Assembly (NCBI RefSeq): GCF_004010195.1
Contig: NC_057718.1
Location: forward strand, 104,100,342-104,164,341
From: Chiloscyllium plagiosum
Lineage: Eukaryota
Length of the DNA: 64,000 bases
Direction of reading: 5' to 3'
The notes beneath the pieces were generated by a model. It saw nothing but the letters and a program-made list of their open reading frames with translations, did no database searches and was not told the DNA's origin. Positions 36,784 through 48,980 of the stretch are shown piece after piece (position 1 is the first letter of the stretch; each line of letters opens with the position of its first letter). The position numbers and the translations under genes are program-made.

Positions 36784-36820
36784 ATTCCTGAAGAAGGGCT
36801 CATGCCCGAAACGTCGATTC
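36784..36820 (+). ncRNA. Minimal type I hammerhead ribozyme motif (family A)
   Basis: CUGAAGA-A-GGGC-UCAU-GCCC-GAAAC-GUC. Confidence 0.8.
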
Positions 36821-36892
36821 TCCTGCTCCTTGGATGCTGCCTGTCCTGCTGCGCTTTTCCAGCAACACATTTTTAAGCCCGTTTCTACAAGT

Positions 36893-37352
36893 GACACACT
36901 CAAATAAATACACATTTACACAAATACACATTCACGCACACAAATACACTCTCACATTTAAATAAAACACACATAAATACCCACCCACGCACACACAAAT
37001 TCATACTTGCACACACAAATACATCCACATACAAATATCTACATACACAGATACACATGTTCGCGCACACAAATACGCACATTTGCACTATACACGCTTA
37101 TGTACAAATACAGGTATGCACACACAAATATACAGTCACGCACACTCAAATGCACACTTACACACACAAATACGTACATGTACAGACAAAGACATATTCA
37201 GGCTCACACAAGTACACACGTACAATCAAATGTACACTTACATACACAAATACGCTCACACACACATAAATACACACTCACGCACACACAAATACACACT
37301 CATGCACAAATACGCACACAGATACACACAAACTTACACAGAAATACATACA
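36893..37352. repeat. Degenerate CA/ACAC-rich simple repeat
   Basis: Low-complexity ACACAAATACAC units. Confidence 0.9.
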
Positions 37353-38066
37353 TAGAGAATATTCTAAAAATATTTTGAAGGTGTGGATGAACAGATTTTT
37401 AAGTGGAGGCAGGGTGAAGTGGGAGGGGTGAAGAGCTATCGGGTTGAAGCAGGAATGTGAAATTGAGGTGACAATCAGATCAGCCATAATCTTGTGAATA
37501 GCAGAATATCTCAAGGGCCTGAATGGCCTCCTCCTACTCCTGAACGGTATGTTTGTCTGGTACATGCCCACAAATAAACACAGATATATACACAAATACC
37601 TAATTCTGTTTCTAGACAGACACAGACACCTCTTCAACCTGGTTACATTGGGGAAATTACTACAAAACATAATACTCTGGAATTTTTACATAAGTTATTG
37701 GCTTGTATTGCAGACCACACTTTCAGACCTGGTTGTATCAGACTTGTGCAATGAAACAGCATCCCCTCAGTTCCCGGGGAACTGACTGATCACAGACATG
37801 AAAATGGGTTACATCACAACCTGATGGCACAAGGCTCTGACCTAACCCTCCCTCACTGAACATATAAAGTCCTGTGACTGTCCGACAGTGCTCCCCATTC
37901 CGCACAAAGGAGCATTCGCCAAATGACAGATGGATATTCTGAAAAATATTTTGCTTTTCATCACTATGCATTCGTACACGGGTGAGAGACACAGCTGATG
38001 ACAGATGGATTCACTCAGCTCAGTGATTGAACAATACTAGGGAAGGTTTGCAAAGTCGGAGTTATA

Positions 38067-38082
38067 CTGCTCCCTAGTGGCC
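38067..38082 (-). promoter_or_regulatory. Candidate CTCF site
   Basis: Minus strand GGCCACTAGGGAGCAG resembles the CTCF core (CCACYAGRKGGC) with one mismatch. Confidence 0.45.
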
Positions 38083-39839
38083 TGACATAGAACAGTCCAG
38101 GGACCATAGAGGGGATAACACTTCACAAAACATCAGATAGAATCAAACTTGACCAGGATCCGACCTAGTGAGATTTAAATACAATATTTTCAATTTGAAT
38201 GAGGCGCTCCTTTTGGGGAGGGGGGGAAACAAATAAAGGATGTTTTGGAACTCTCTTCCAGAAACAGCAATAGATGTTGGATCAGTTGTTAATGTTAAAT
38301 CTGAGATACAGTTAAGCAAATATGAATCACAGGCAGATATATGGAGTGAGGCTACAGATCAGTCATGATCTCATTGAATGGTGGAACAAGCTCAAGGAGC
38401 TAATTGGCCTACTCCTGTTAAAGGCAATAGAAATATCTTCAAAGCATTCTTGTTTTAGATCCGTCACTATGTTTTTGTCAGGCTTGTTGGTAGACTTTAG
38501 CTCAGTGCTCAATTAAGGCAACATCTGATGAGAAAACTCTTCCTACAACCTGACGCAGGAGAAAGTAGGTAGGGTGTGTAACTTCCAAATCCCACATTGG
38601 TTCACTTTATGTTTGCTATCAGTTAAGAGTCTTTGCCATCTTTAACTAAAACCAAAAGTAATTGCAATTGTAGATTTTTTTTAATCATTCAGGGGCTGTG
38701 GGTGTTGCTGGCTGGGTCAGCATTTATTGTCTGTCCCTAATAACCCTGGAGAAGGTTGGGTGAGCTGCTTTCTTGGAGATGACTGAGCAGGTTTCCAGAG
38801 GTTAGTTAAAAATCAATCACTGATCAGTTAGTGTATTGATTGCAATCACTGCAATTATAAGTCTATTAATAAATTTGTGCATTCATTACAGTGACCTCAA
38901 TTAGAAAGCTAATTAATTGCAGGAGTCTTTGCGACTCAGTGCCCTCTCCTGAGGTGGGTGTGCAGGGTAGTTAAGGGGGTGGCAGTATGGTAGATGGGCA
39001 CCCCCTGCCTGACCCCCTCTGTCAGAATTAAATCTGGGGCAATGAGACTTGTAGATAAACTGCCTGCCATGATATTCATCAATTGCTGTCCCAAGTGGGC
39101 AATTAATACCCACTAAGGGGACTTAACCTGCCAGCCAGGCAGGAATCTAGCTATACAGAGTGTCCAGCCTTGTTGGAGTTGCTGGTGGAATTCAGGGGGT
39201 GGGGTGTCAGGGGTTGGGTCCAGAGTTTGGGTTTCTCAAAGTAAAGCTTTTATTGTCTGATTGAAGTACCCCGTCCTAGACACAGACAGGGTGGCCACTG
39301 AGGGTCACCCAAGCGCCTTCTAGGTTAATCCTCCCCTGACCTCCCCACCCTGTAGCCAGAAATATGATAAACATGGCCACACCGCAGCAGCTAAACAACT
39401 ACCTGCAGAGGAACCACCATCAGATTGGTTTCCATCAGAGCTTCTGGGTTCTCAGTGCCTGCAATACTGACAGCAGCCACTACCCTGCCAGTAGCGCTGC
39501 TGGGCAATGCATATCCCAACCTCTGATTGGCCAGTAGCCCCAGGCTATGGGGGGTGGGAGGAGGGGCAGGATTTTTACTTGCCAGGGTTTTGAGATCCGA
39601 GGCAAGGTTGACCCTGTTCCCTTTAAAGTGGCAGGATTGGCTCTTGTCAGCTCTCCAGCCAATGAGCAAGACAGTCAGCACCCCCAAAAAATATCCTCCC
39701 CCCAAAAAAACCCCTTCCTGTGGATCAGGATTACAGAACCGTTATAGTGCAGAAGGAGGCCATTCAGCCTATCATGCCTGTACTGGTTCTGTTACCTTGC
39801 CTTTCACCATTGTCTCTATCTGAAAACATTTTCAAAAGT

Positions 39840-40350
39840 ATCATAGGGTCACAGAGACATAAAGCACAGAAACAGACCCTCCAGTCAAACCAGTCCATGT
39901 CAACCATAATCCCAAACTAAACTAGTCCCATCTGCCTGTTCCTGGTCCATATCTCTCCAAACCTTTCCATCCCTATTCATGTCCTTATCCAAATGCCTTT
40001 TCAATTTTCTAACTGTACCCACAGCCACCACTTCCTCTGGAAGTTCATTCCAAACACAAACTACTCTCAGTATAGAAACATTGCCCCTCATGTCATTATT
40101 AAAGGTGTCTCCTCTCACCTTAAAAAAATGTCCCCTAATATTGAAATGCCCTACCCTAAGGCAAAGACTTCATTCATTCTCCTTATCCATGTCCCTCATG
40201 ATTTTATAAACCTCTATAAGGTCACCCCTCAACCTCCTGTGCTCCAGTGAAGAAGGTCCAAGCCTATCCTGCCTCTCTCTATAACTCAACCTTCCATTCC
40301 CAGCAACATCCTGGTAAATCTCTCTGAACCCTCTCCAGATTAATAATATC
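39840..40350 (-). mobile_element. CR1 3' end
   Basis: RVVCVWNELPEEVV..LKRHLD motif and tail. Confidence 0.88.
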
Positions 40351-40654
40351 TTTCTGATTAAAGTTATATCAACTTTGCAAATGTTGAATTGTTTTCTGGA
40401 TAACTAAACTCAGCCCTTACAATGTAAAAATCAGAACATCAGCCATACCTCAAAGCAAATGCAGAATCATTCTTAATTCCCAATATGTACTAGAGAGCTG
40501 TGTTACAGGGTCAGTGTCATCTACAATAGTTTGTAAATGATAGAATTCACTGAAACTCCCCAGAGCCAGAGAATCATCACTCTTGGTTAGAGCAGAAACA
40601 AAGACACAGCAGACTCTGAGTGGAGAGAATCTGGTTTAAGGGAGTAATGTCTAT

Positions 40655-41205
40655 AGTGCATCTGGAGTACTGAGAGTGGTTTTGGACCTCTTATTTAAAA
40701 AAAGATATTGTATCACTGGAGGCAGTTCAGAGAAGGCTCACTAGGATGATCCCTGGTATAGAGGGATTGTCTTATGAGCAAAGGTTAAACAGATTGAGGC
40801 TCTACTCACTGGAGTTTCAAACAATGAGAAGTGATCTCATTGAGAAATATCAGATTGTTAAGGAGCTTGACAGGGTCAATGCTGAGAGCATGTGTGCCCT
40901 CATGGCAGACCTTAGCACCACAGGACACAGCCTCAGAATAAAAAAGCATCAATTTCAGACTGAGATGAGGAGGGATTTCTTCTCTCAGAGAGTTGTGAGT
41001 CTTTGGAACCCCTTGCCACAGAGAGCTGTGGGGACAGAGTCCGTGTGTATATTTAAGGCTGAGACAGATAGATCCTTGATCAGTCGGGGAATCAAAGGAA
41101 AGGGTAGGTAAGTGAGGAGTGTTGGATCAGCCATGATCCTACTGAATGGGGGAACAGGCTCGAGAGGCCGAATGGCCTACTCCTGCTCCTATTCCTTATG
41201 GTGTT
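40655..41205 (+). mobile_element. CR1 3' end
   Basis: MIPGIEGLSYEQRLNRL..FFSQRVVSLWNPLP and 3'UTR. Confidence 0.9.
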
Positions 41206-42645
41206 TTGCAGGATGGAATCCTGAGTCCCAGACCTCATAGTGGGCAGTATCCGTAAGGATAAAGCAACTCACAGGAGGAGCATCCATAAAGGAAGGTCAA
41301 TGCATGGTTTCAGCTCCAGCCATCACTGACATTTCCTACAGCATTAACCCTCACTGAGCTGAGACACAACAACCAACAGCTACAATCAGTGCTCTTTAGT
41401 AAAGCTGTGCTATAGGATAACCCAGGTTAAAGCAATTCCCTCCGTACATCTTGCAACTTTTCATTTGGATGTTCGGCCTGGGACCAGACACAACTTACAA
41501 CGGGTCACCTTGCTGTTTGTGTCTCTTTGTCCTGGAGTGCACCCTGCCATCCAACTTTGCAGTCTGATAGGATTTTCTCTGCCTCGAAATGCTTCAGTAA
41601 ATATGTGGTATTCCAATTACCAATTCTCCAAACAGTTCTATATCACGATTGGAAATTAAGATCTGTTAATTAAAGTGCTTGCTTATTCCAACCATTATTA
41701 AATTTCATGTTTTCATTAAGTGTGCTCGCCGATAGAGGAATTCAGGAAGATCAGCAATAAAGCAAGTCATGTCATTTGGGGCTTTTTTCACTCTCCAGAG
41801 TTTTAATGTCAAATTCCTGAGATACACACACTCTTCAGGAGGATGTGGCATTGCCGAGATTAAAACATACCAAATATCCTCCATGGACGGTGCAGGCTTT
41901 CTTGTACATCTTCCTTGAGAGAAAGCTCATTCTACAGTGGCTTATCTTTGAGAGATAACATCAGCCAGCCAATTATTAGCCTGTGAGTATATTATTGTGC
42001 ATTAAGCCCAGCAGACAGCAAAAACTGTCAATGAAAAGAATAAACTGACATGATATTGAGGATGAGGCAAAACCCCTCTAAGCTCTTTCCCTCAGCAAAA
42101 AGCTTTACAATTATTAAAAGTTTCTCTAGAGAGAGATATAACAAAAAACAATGAAACTCAGGAGTTTCTCTTAGAGACAGTTCTTGTCTGACAAGCTTCT
42201 CCATGCATTCACACTAATTCAATGCATTATTCATTTGACACTCTTCAAACTAATCAGGAGAAAGGGCATAAAAGACATTTAGGATAATAAGAGTACTCAC
42301 TCATAATTGCCTGACTATTTCTCCTGATGTTGCTCAGTGATTGATAACGTTTACAGGGAATATGTTCCCTGTTGATCCTTGAATCCCAACAATATACTGA
42401 AAGTGTGTCGTCTTTAAGTCCTGTGGATATGTTGCGTTTACAAATCCACACAATGCAAATGTAAAAGATAATTCAACTCCTCTGAAAACATCATCTAAGT
42501 GAATAAACTGCATGACATTTTTTTTTAATTACACATACCTGCTTATTTTTTAACATGTCCATACCTTTTAAGACAAGAAATGAGGCATCATAAGTGAAGA
42601 AGAGTTTGTACACTCAGTTGAAAGTGTTCACGCAGGAGGTTGAAG

Positions 42646-42973
42646 GTTTAGTTTAGTTTACAGCTTAGTTTACATTACAGTGTGGAAACAGGCCCTTCAG
42701 CCCAACAAGTCCACACCGCCCCGCCGAAGCGCAACCCACCCATACCCCTACATGTACCCCTTACCTAACACTATGGGGAATTTAGCATGGCCAATTCACC
42801 TGACCTGCACATCTTTGGACTGTGGGAGGAAACCGGAGCACCCGGAGTAAACCCACGCAGACACGGGGAGAATGTGGAAACTCCACACAGTCAATCGCCT
42901 AAGGCGGGAATTGAACCCGGGTCTCAGGCGCTGTGAGGTAGCAGTGCTAACCACTGTACCACCGTGCCGCCCA
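42646..42973 (-). mobile_element. HE1-type V-SINE, full length, young
   Basis: Reverse complement nearly identical to 8589-8912. Confidence 0.95.
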
Positions 42974-42975
42974 CT

Positions 42976-43362
42976 AGGGCGACCTGATAGAAGTTTATAA
43001 GATTGTAAATGGCAGTAGATAGAGTGGGAAGCATGAGGCTTTTTCTCCAGAGTGGGGGAGGGTCAATTACTTGGGGACTCAGGTTGAAGGGTGAGGAGGG
43101 GGTGAAGTTTATAAGAGATGTGTGAGACAGGTTTTTCACACAGAGGGTAGTGAGTGCCTGGAACACGCTGCCAGAGGAGGGGGTGGAAGCAGACACAACA
43201 GCAGCATTCAGGAAGCACCTGGACGAATACATGAATTGGAAGGGAATAGAGGGATACGGAACCTGTTAGTGAAGACAGTTTCAGTATGGAAGGGCAAAAT
43301 GTGTTAGTGCAGGTTTGGAGGGCCGAAGGGCCTGTTCCTGTGCTGTATTGTTCTTTGTTCTT
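42976..43362 (+). mobile_element. CR1 3' end
   Basis: RGDLIEVYKI, FFTQRVVSAWNTLP, (TTCTTTG)-type tail. Confidence 0.88.
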
Positions 43363-44172
43363 TAAAAGTGTTAGATCAGATATGTAAAAACAATGGCCTT
43401 TGTCTGGGATTCGAAATCAGGCTGTGAACTATGAGGAATAAATGTACAAATGTGTTGTTATGCAGTCACTATTTTAACAGACAAATGGATCAACAACATA
43501 GAACATCGAAGGGATTTTCTGCACATTCTTATTGCTATTAAACCATCGATTATTTTTTAAAATATTAGGAGCTTCAGAAGGTATGGGTGGACAGTGAGAA
43601 TAGAGATGATCGGCCATGATTATATCACATGGCAGAGGAGGCTCAAAGGGCCGAATGGCCTAATTCTGCTCATAGTTTCTGTGTTTCTATAGCACATGGT
43701 GTTACCAGCAGTATTTATTACCCATCCCTAGTTGCCCCTTGAGAAGGTGGGGGTGAGCTGCCTTCTTGAACCGCTGCAGCCCATGTGCTGTAGGTTGACC
43801 CACAATGCCCTTAGGGAGGGAATTCCAGGATATTGACCCAGTGACAGAGAAGGGATGGCAATATATTTCTAAGTCAGGATGGGGAGTGGCTTGGAGGGGA
43901 AGTTGGAGGTTGTGATGTTCCCATGTATCTGTTGCCCTTGTCCTAGATGGTAGGGGTTGTAGGTTTGGAAGGTGCAGTCTGATCCACTGTAGTGATGACA
44001 GCAGTGCATTGTGTCTGTGGTACAGACCGCTGTGACTGAGCACTGGTGGCTGATGGGATTATCTTGCGAAGGAAGGTCATAGGTTGGGCCTGTAGCCATT
44101 GGAATTTAGAAGAATGAGAGGTGATCTTATCCAATACAGGGTGGATAACTGGAGGCTGCTTCCTTTTTTTTA

Positions 44173-44450
44173 AGATTACTTACAGTGTGGAAAGAGGCCC
44201 TTCGGCCGAACAAGTCCATACCGACCCACCCAGACCCATTCCCCTACATTTACCCCTTCACCTAACACCACGGGGAATTTAGCATGGCCACTTCATCTAA
44301 CCTGCATATCTTTGGGCTGTGGGAGGAAACCGGAGCAAACCCACGCAGACACAGGGAGAATGAGCAAACTCCACACAGACAGTTGCCTGAGGCGGGAATT
44401 GAATCCAGGTCCCTGGTGCTGTGAGGCAGCAGTGCTAACCACTGTGCCAC
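44173..44450 (-). mobile_element. HE1-type V-SINE inserted in a CR1 fragment (about 44075-44745)
   Basis: tRNA head, V domain, tail; flanks continue CR1 motifs. Confidence 0.9.
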
Positions 44451-45383
44451 CTGTTGTAGAAGAGACCAGAGCCAGGTATCAAGACAATCCCTTTTATGAC
44501 AGCGACGTGGAGGTTTCTTTTTCTCTCTCAGAGAGTTGTTAATCTGAAGAATTCTCTACTCCAGTGAATGGTAGAAGCTGAGTCAATGATTTTTTTTTTG
44601 CAAGATTGACTTCTATAGATTCTTGATTGACAGTGGGCGGGGACTAGTTGAGACTACAGTGAAGTCAGCCATGATGACTTTGAATGGTGGGGCAGGCTCA
44701 AAGGGCTGAATGATCTAAATCTGCTCCCGTCTCCTGCATTCCAAGGTTCCTTTGCTGTAAATGGCTGAGACTGGTTTCGCTACCATCACTCGTATCTTAT
44801 TATTGTCAGGCGTTGCATTATTTCTGAAGGAATCACCCTGTTTTCATCGGTGGGGGTGGTGGGGGGGGGCGGTTGTTAGGGATATTGCTATCATTCGCAG
44901 CAGCTCACTGAGGCTCCTTTACAAACAAACCTGACAAACCAGTTCCCTGTTTAGACAGAACCTCCAGTTATGGATCCACAAACATTGCTGTAAAATGTAC
45001 TGCTCACTGCGAGCCCTCTCAGAAACTCCACCCTGCCTCCACCCTCACCGGCTGATGCAGAGCTGTCAATATCCGTGCTACCTGATATTAAACACATTTC
45101 CTAACCTTCACCCCTCAGAGGGTAACGCCTTGCTTGATGACTGCATTTTGTGGTTGGAGCCAGTCGAGACATAATATAGCTCCAGGCAGCTGGAGAGATG
45201 TCTTGCCTCATGCTCCAGTCAGTCACAGGGTCATTGTCATACAGTACAGAAAAAGGCCCTTCAGCCCATCAAGTCTGCACCAGTCGAAAAACAACCATCT
45301 GACCACGCTAAATCCATTTTCCAGCTGTTAGCCCAACACCTTGTATACCTGGGCATTGTTATTGTATCTGGCTACTGTTTCCT

Positions 45384-45736
45384 GCCTGACTTGCTGTGCT
45401 TTTCCAGCACCACACATTCGACTCTGATCCACAGCACCAGCAGTCCTCACTTTCTCCTAGTTGATTTCAACCCAACTGCAAAGCCTCTTCCAAGGATGTC
45501 CCTTGAAGAAGTTCTCCTCCTCTTTATCCATCACATTCCCAGCTATCTTCCTCCTAGCCCCATCCCCCTCCCATTTATCTCTCACCCCACTCCCGGCTCA
45601 CAAGCCTCATTCCTGATGAAGGGCTTATGCCCGAAATGTCTATTCTCCTGCTTCTCGCATGCTGCCTGACCTGCTGGGTTTTTCAAGCACCACACTCTCG
45701 ACTCTGATCTCCAGCATCTGCAGTCCTCACTTTCTC
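45384..45736 (+). mobile_element. Internally deleted PLE family A element with direct terminal repeats and hammerhead motif
   Basis: Terminal segment at 45384-45458 repeated at about 45664-45738; CUGAUGA-A-GGGC-UUAU-GCCC-GAAAUGUC at 45613-45640; TSD CTACTGTTTCCT (45372-45383, 45737-45748). Confidence 0.85.
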
Positions 45737-45779
45737 CTACTGTTTCCTACAGCCAACATTCTGTCTGGAATGAAATCAT

Positions 45780-46115
45780 GGAATCCCTACACTGTGGAAG
45801 CAGGTCATTCACTCCATCGAGTCCACACTTCCCCTTTCTGAAGTGCATCCCACCCAGACCCACCCTATGTCTGTAACCCTGCATTTCCTATGACTAATCA
45901 ACCAAGTCTGCACATCCCCATACACTATGGACAATTTAGCATGGCTAATCCATCTAACCTGCACATTGTTGGACTGTGGGAGGAAACCACAGCATCCAGA
46001 GGGGACCCACGCAGGCACAGGGGAGAACGTGTAAACTCCACACAGACAGTCGCCCTCAGGTGGAATCGAACCTGGATCACTGGTGCTGTGAGGTAGCAGT
46101 GCTCATCACCGAGCC
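45780..46115 (-). mobile_element. HE1-type V-SINE
   Basis: Head, V domain and tail in reverse complement. Confidence 0.88.
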
Positions 46116-47649
46116 ATCAGATGAGATGTTTATCAATACAATAAACCATTCAGAAGGAGATCAGCAATACCATGTGACGAAGGAATCTTCATATACCATC
46201 AACAGTCAGTCAGGAAGATTGGCAAAGGCTTAAACCAAGTGTCCTCACACTCTGTCGTACGGAGAACTACAAGGTCAAGGTGTAGGCTCGTTCAGGTAGA
46301 TGGAAAACTCTATCTGGTTATCAGCAAATCACATTCCCTGACACCTTTGCTGAAAATCTGATGATCAGAATTGGGAAGCTGGTGATATGCACCCACCTGG
46401 GCTCTCTGCCATTGATAGATTTACTCAGGACAAAAGTTTGCTGTTTTTGTTTTATCTGTTTTGAGGTTACTTTGAGATTATATTATGACAGTTGCTGTTG
46501 TAAGGGCTTCAGGACCTCAGCGTAGCCTTGCAATAATATCATAGAACTGCACATCACTGAGTATAAATAATAGTGTGGGTGGAGCCAGAACAGACGAGAA
46601 GAATTGAAAGAGCATGTGGATATGAACACTGAAGAAGATAATTTAGTTCATATTTAATGTAACCATAAGTCAGAGCCTGGTGTACCCATGATCACCCAAT
46701 ATGGCAGTATTTAGTACTTTGAAATCTGAAGATATTTCTCTTCTTTGATGAATGGGAATAATTTCTGTGCTGGCTCTGGGACCCTTCAGTAATTTGCTTC
46801 TGTACAGAAGTTGGCCACATGAACTTGCAAGAAGAAAATTATTTAAAATGTGGAAAACTGGATCCTTTAAGTCTCTTCCCCGTCAATCTCTCCACTCTGA
46901 CATCCAGATAACCAGATAGACTGTACTGGAACACGCTGTGTGACTATCAGATATCCATGGAAAACCATGGTCTGCTTACAGTACCAAAGGTTGCCACATA
47001 CCAATTACATCAGGCTGATATAAAGCTATCCTATTATAGGGTAATGGTATGATTCCACTGAATGTAGCACTGGACAAGTCAGACCCCAGAATGAAACTTG
47101 ACTTGATAGATCGTACATTGATTTTTATAGTTGGGTAACTTGGTGGTTAGTCACTGAAATTATAGGAAGTGCCAGTGGAGTCGATCTGCTTATTTGGATA
47201 CCAGAGTGGAGAGATTGAAATACATAAGTTTATTGCACAAAAGAAGAAATTAACTAACAAACAAAGCTACAGAAGACAATTAGAAAAATCTTAACAAAAC
47301 ACCAGTTAATGGTTCAATCTGTCTCCCAACATCATCCATTACAGAAACACAATCCCAGAGAAATATCATTCCTATTTCAAGCTTTTTTTAATCTTTACTT
47401 AACTGTTACTTTCTGGTTTCTTCAACTGTGGAGACAACTTGACCAATCATTTCTGAGTCCACTGACATGAACTTCTCCCAGTTCTGATGGCTTAAATATT
47501 TTCAGTTCTAACAACTTAAATATTTCTCCCCAAACACTCCAGGCTTGAAAGTTCCACAAACTAGAAATCTCCTGAAGAAACTGATTTCCTGAAATGACTT
47601 TGTATTGCTGCTCAGAGCATCACTGGATTCTGGATTCTTCTAAGCTAAA

Positions 47650-47800
47650 ATGAGGACTGCAGTGCTGGAGATTAGAGTCAAGATTAGAGTGGCGCTGGAA
47701 AAGCACAGCAGGTCAGGCAGCATCCAAGGAGCAGGAAAATCGACGTTTCGGGCAGAAGATCAGGAAAGGGCTCCTGCCCGAAACGTCAATTTTCCTGCTC
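47650..47800. mobile_element. PLE family A mini-insertion with short inverted arm
   Basis: 27-bp inverted arms 47729-47755/47774-47800; 22-bp TSD TTCTGGATTCTTCT(A/G)AGCTAAA (47628-47649, 47801-47822). Confidence 0.85.
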
Positions 47801-48614
47801 TTCTGGATTCTTCTGAGCTAAAGCTTTGAACTTGCTGTTCTGAAATCAAAACTAAACTAATTTCCTTAATATGTTTATTCTGCCTGTTATAAGCCTCAAC
47901 AGCATAAACATTTTACCTATTAATACAACATTTTTCCCCAAAGTACTGCATTGCTATTGTAAGTTTTCTTGGAATTAATATATTTAGGTGGCTGTTGTCC
48001 TTGCTAAAAAAGAACTTATAGAACTAACCAAGATCAATCTGCCTCTATTTTAAAATCCAAATCCAAGAAAATGTCACCAATAATACATTTTACATTGCAG
48101 GTGGGAATTATTCTTGTGATTACATCAAGTGATTACATAATGTGCATGTACAATAATCTTCTCTTCACTATTTTTGCCACAGATTTTTTTTTAAACTCAC
48201 TTGTTAGATATGGGTGTTGCTGGATGGGACAGCATTTATTGCCCATCCCTAACTGTGCATTGAGAAGGAGGGGGTGAACTGTCGTCTTTACCTCCCTGCA
48301 GTCCATGTGCTGTAGGTTTAACCCACCATGTCCTTAGGGAGGGCAGTCCAGGATTTTGACCCAGCAACACTGAAGGAACGGTGATATATTTCCAAGTCAG
48401 GATGGGGAGTGGCTTGGAGAGGAGCTTGCAAGGGTTGGTGTAGTCATACAATATCAGAGATGAGTGATTACTTGAGGGTATATCACCGAAATAAGAACAT
48501 TTGTCCAGCAGTAATGTCCATCTTTGATTTCAGCTGATCTGCAATTTCTCACCATTACCTAATGAGGCTTCTGCAGCAGTTATGGTTAGACAGCATTTTA
48601 TACCTTTTAGCTAT

Positions 48615-48980
48615 TCAAAGTTTGTGAGAAGATTTGTAGCTCGGGTGCTTGTTGCTGTGGTTCTGTTCGCCGAGCTGGAAGTTTTTGTTGCAAACGTTTC
48701 GTCCCCTGTCTAGGTGGACAAAAGAACAGCCAGGGAATTCCTAGAAGCATGGCACTCATCCACAAACTCCATCAACAAACACATCGACCTGGACCCAATA
48801 TACCGGTCACTACAGCGGACAGCTGAAACTGACAACCGGAAGCGGCAGGGACAGGCCACTATAAACACCGGAGGAAACACCACAGAAGCGCTTCACTGGA
48901 GGCTCTCAAGCACTGAGGATGTCACCTAGACAGGGGACGAAACGTTTGCAACAAAAACTTCCAGCTCGGCGAACAGAACC
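48615..48980 (+). mobile_element. PLE family C 3' fragment (GIY-YIG endonuclease C-terminus, hammerhead motif, inverted 5' copy)
   Basis: AREFLEAWHSSTNSINKHIDLDPIY; CUGAGGA..GAAACGUU at 48913-48946; 58-bp inverted arms 48659-48716/48923-48980; TSD ACCTTTTAG(C/A)TAT. Confidence 0.88.

Larger units (their letters stand above)
35490..36875 (+). mobile_element. Penelope-like retroelement: RT core, gap, 3' UTR/pseudo-LTR
   Basis: LVLTLNNFSF..QTKGVAMGTRMG..NTFHPDLKFT..LPFLD..IYYKPT..YLDYTSSHP..KNAIPYSQFLRLRRICS, typical PLE RT; terminus 36780-36875 is family A. Confidence 0.92.

Noticed and set aside
36900..37378. His/Thr-rich and Cys/Val-rich ORFs
   Set aside because: Translations of a CA-rich simple repeat
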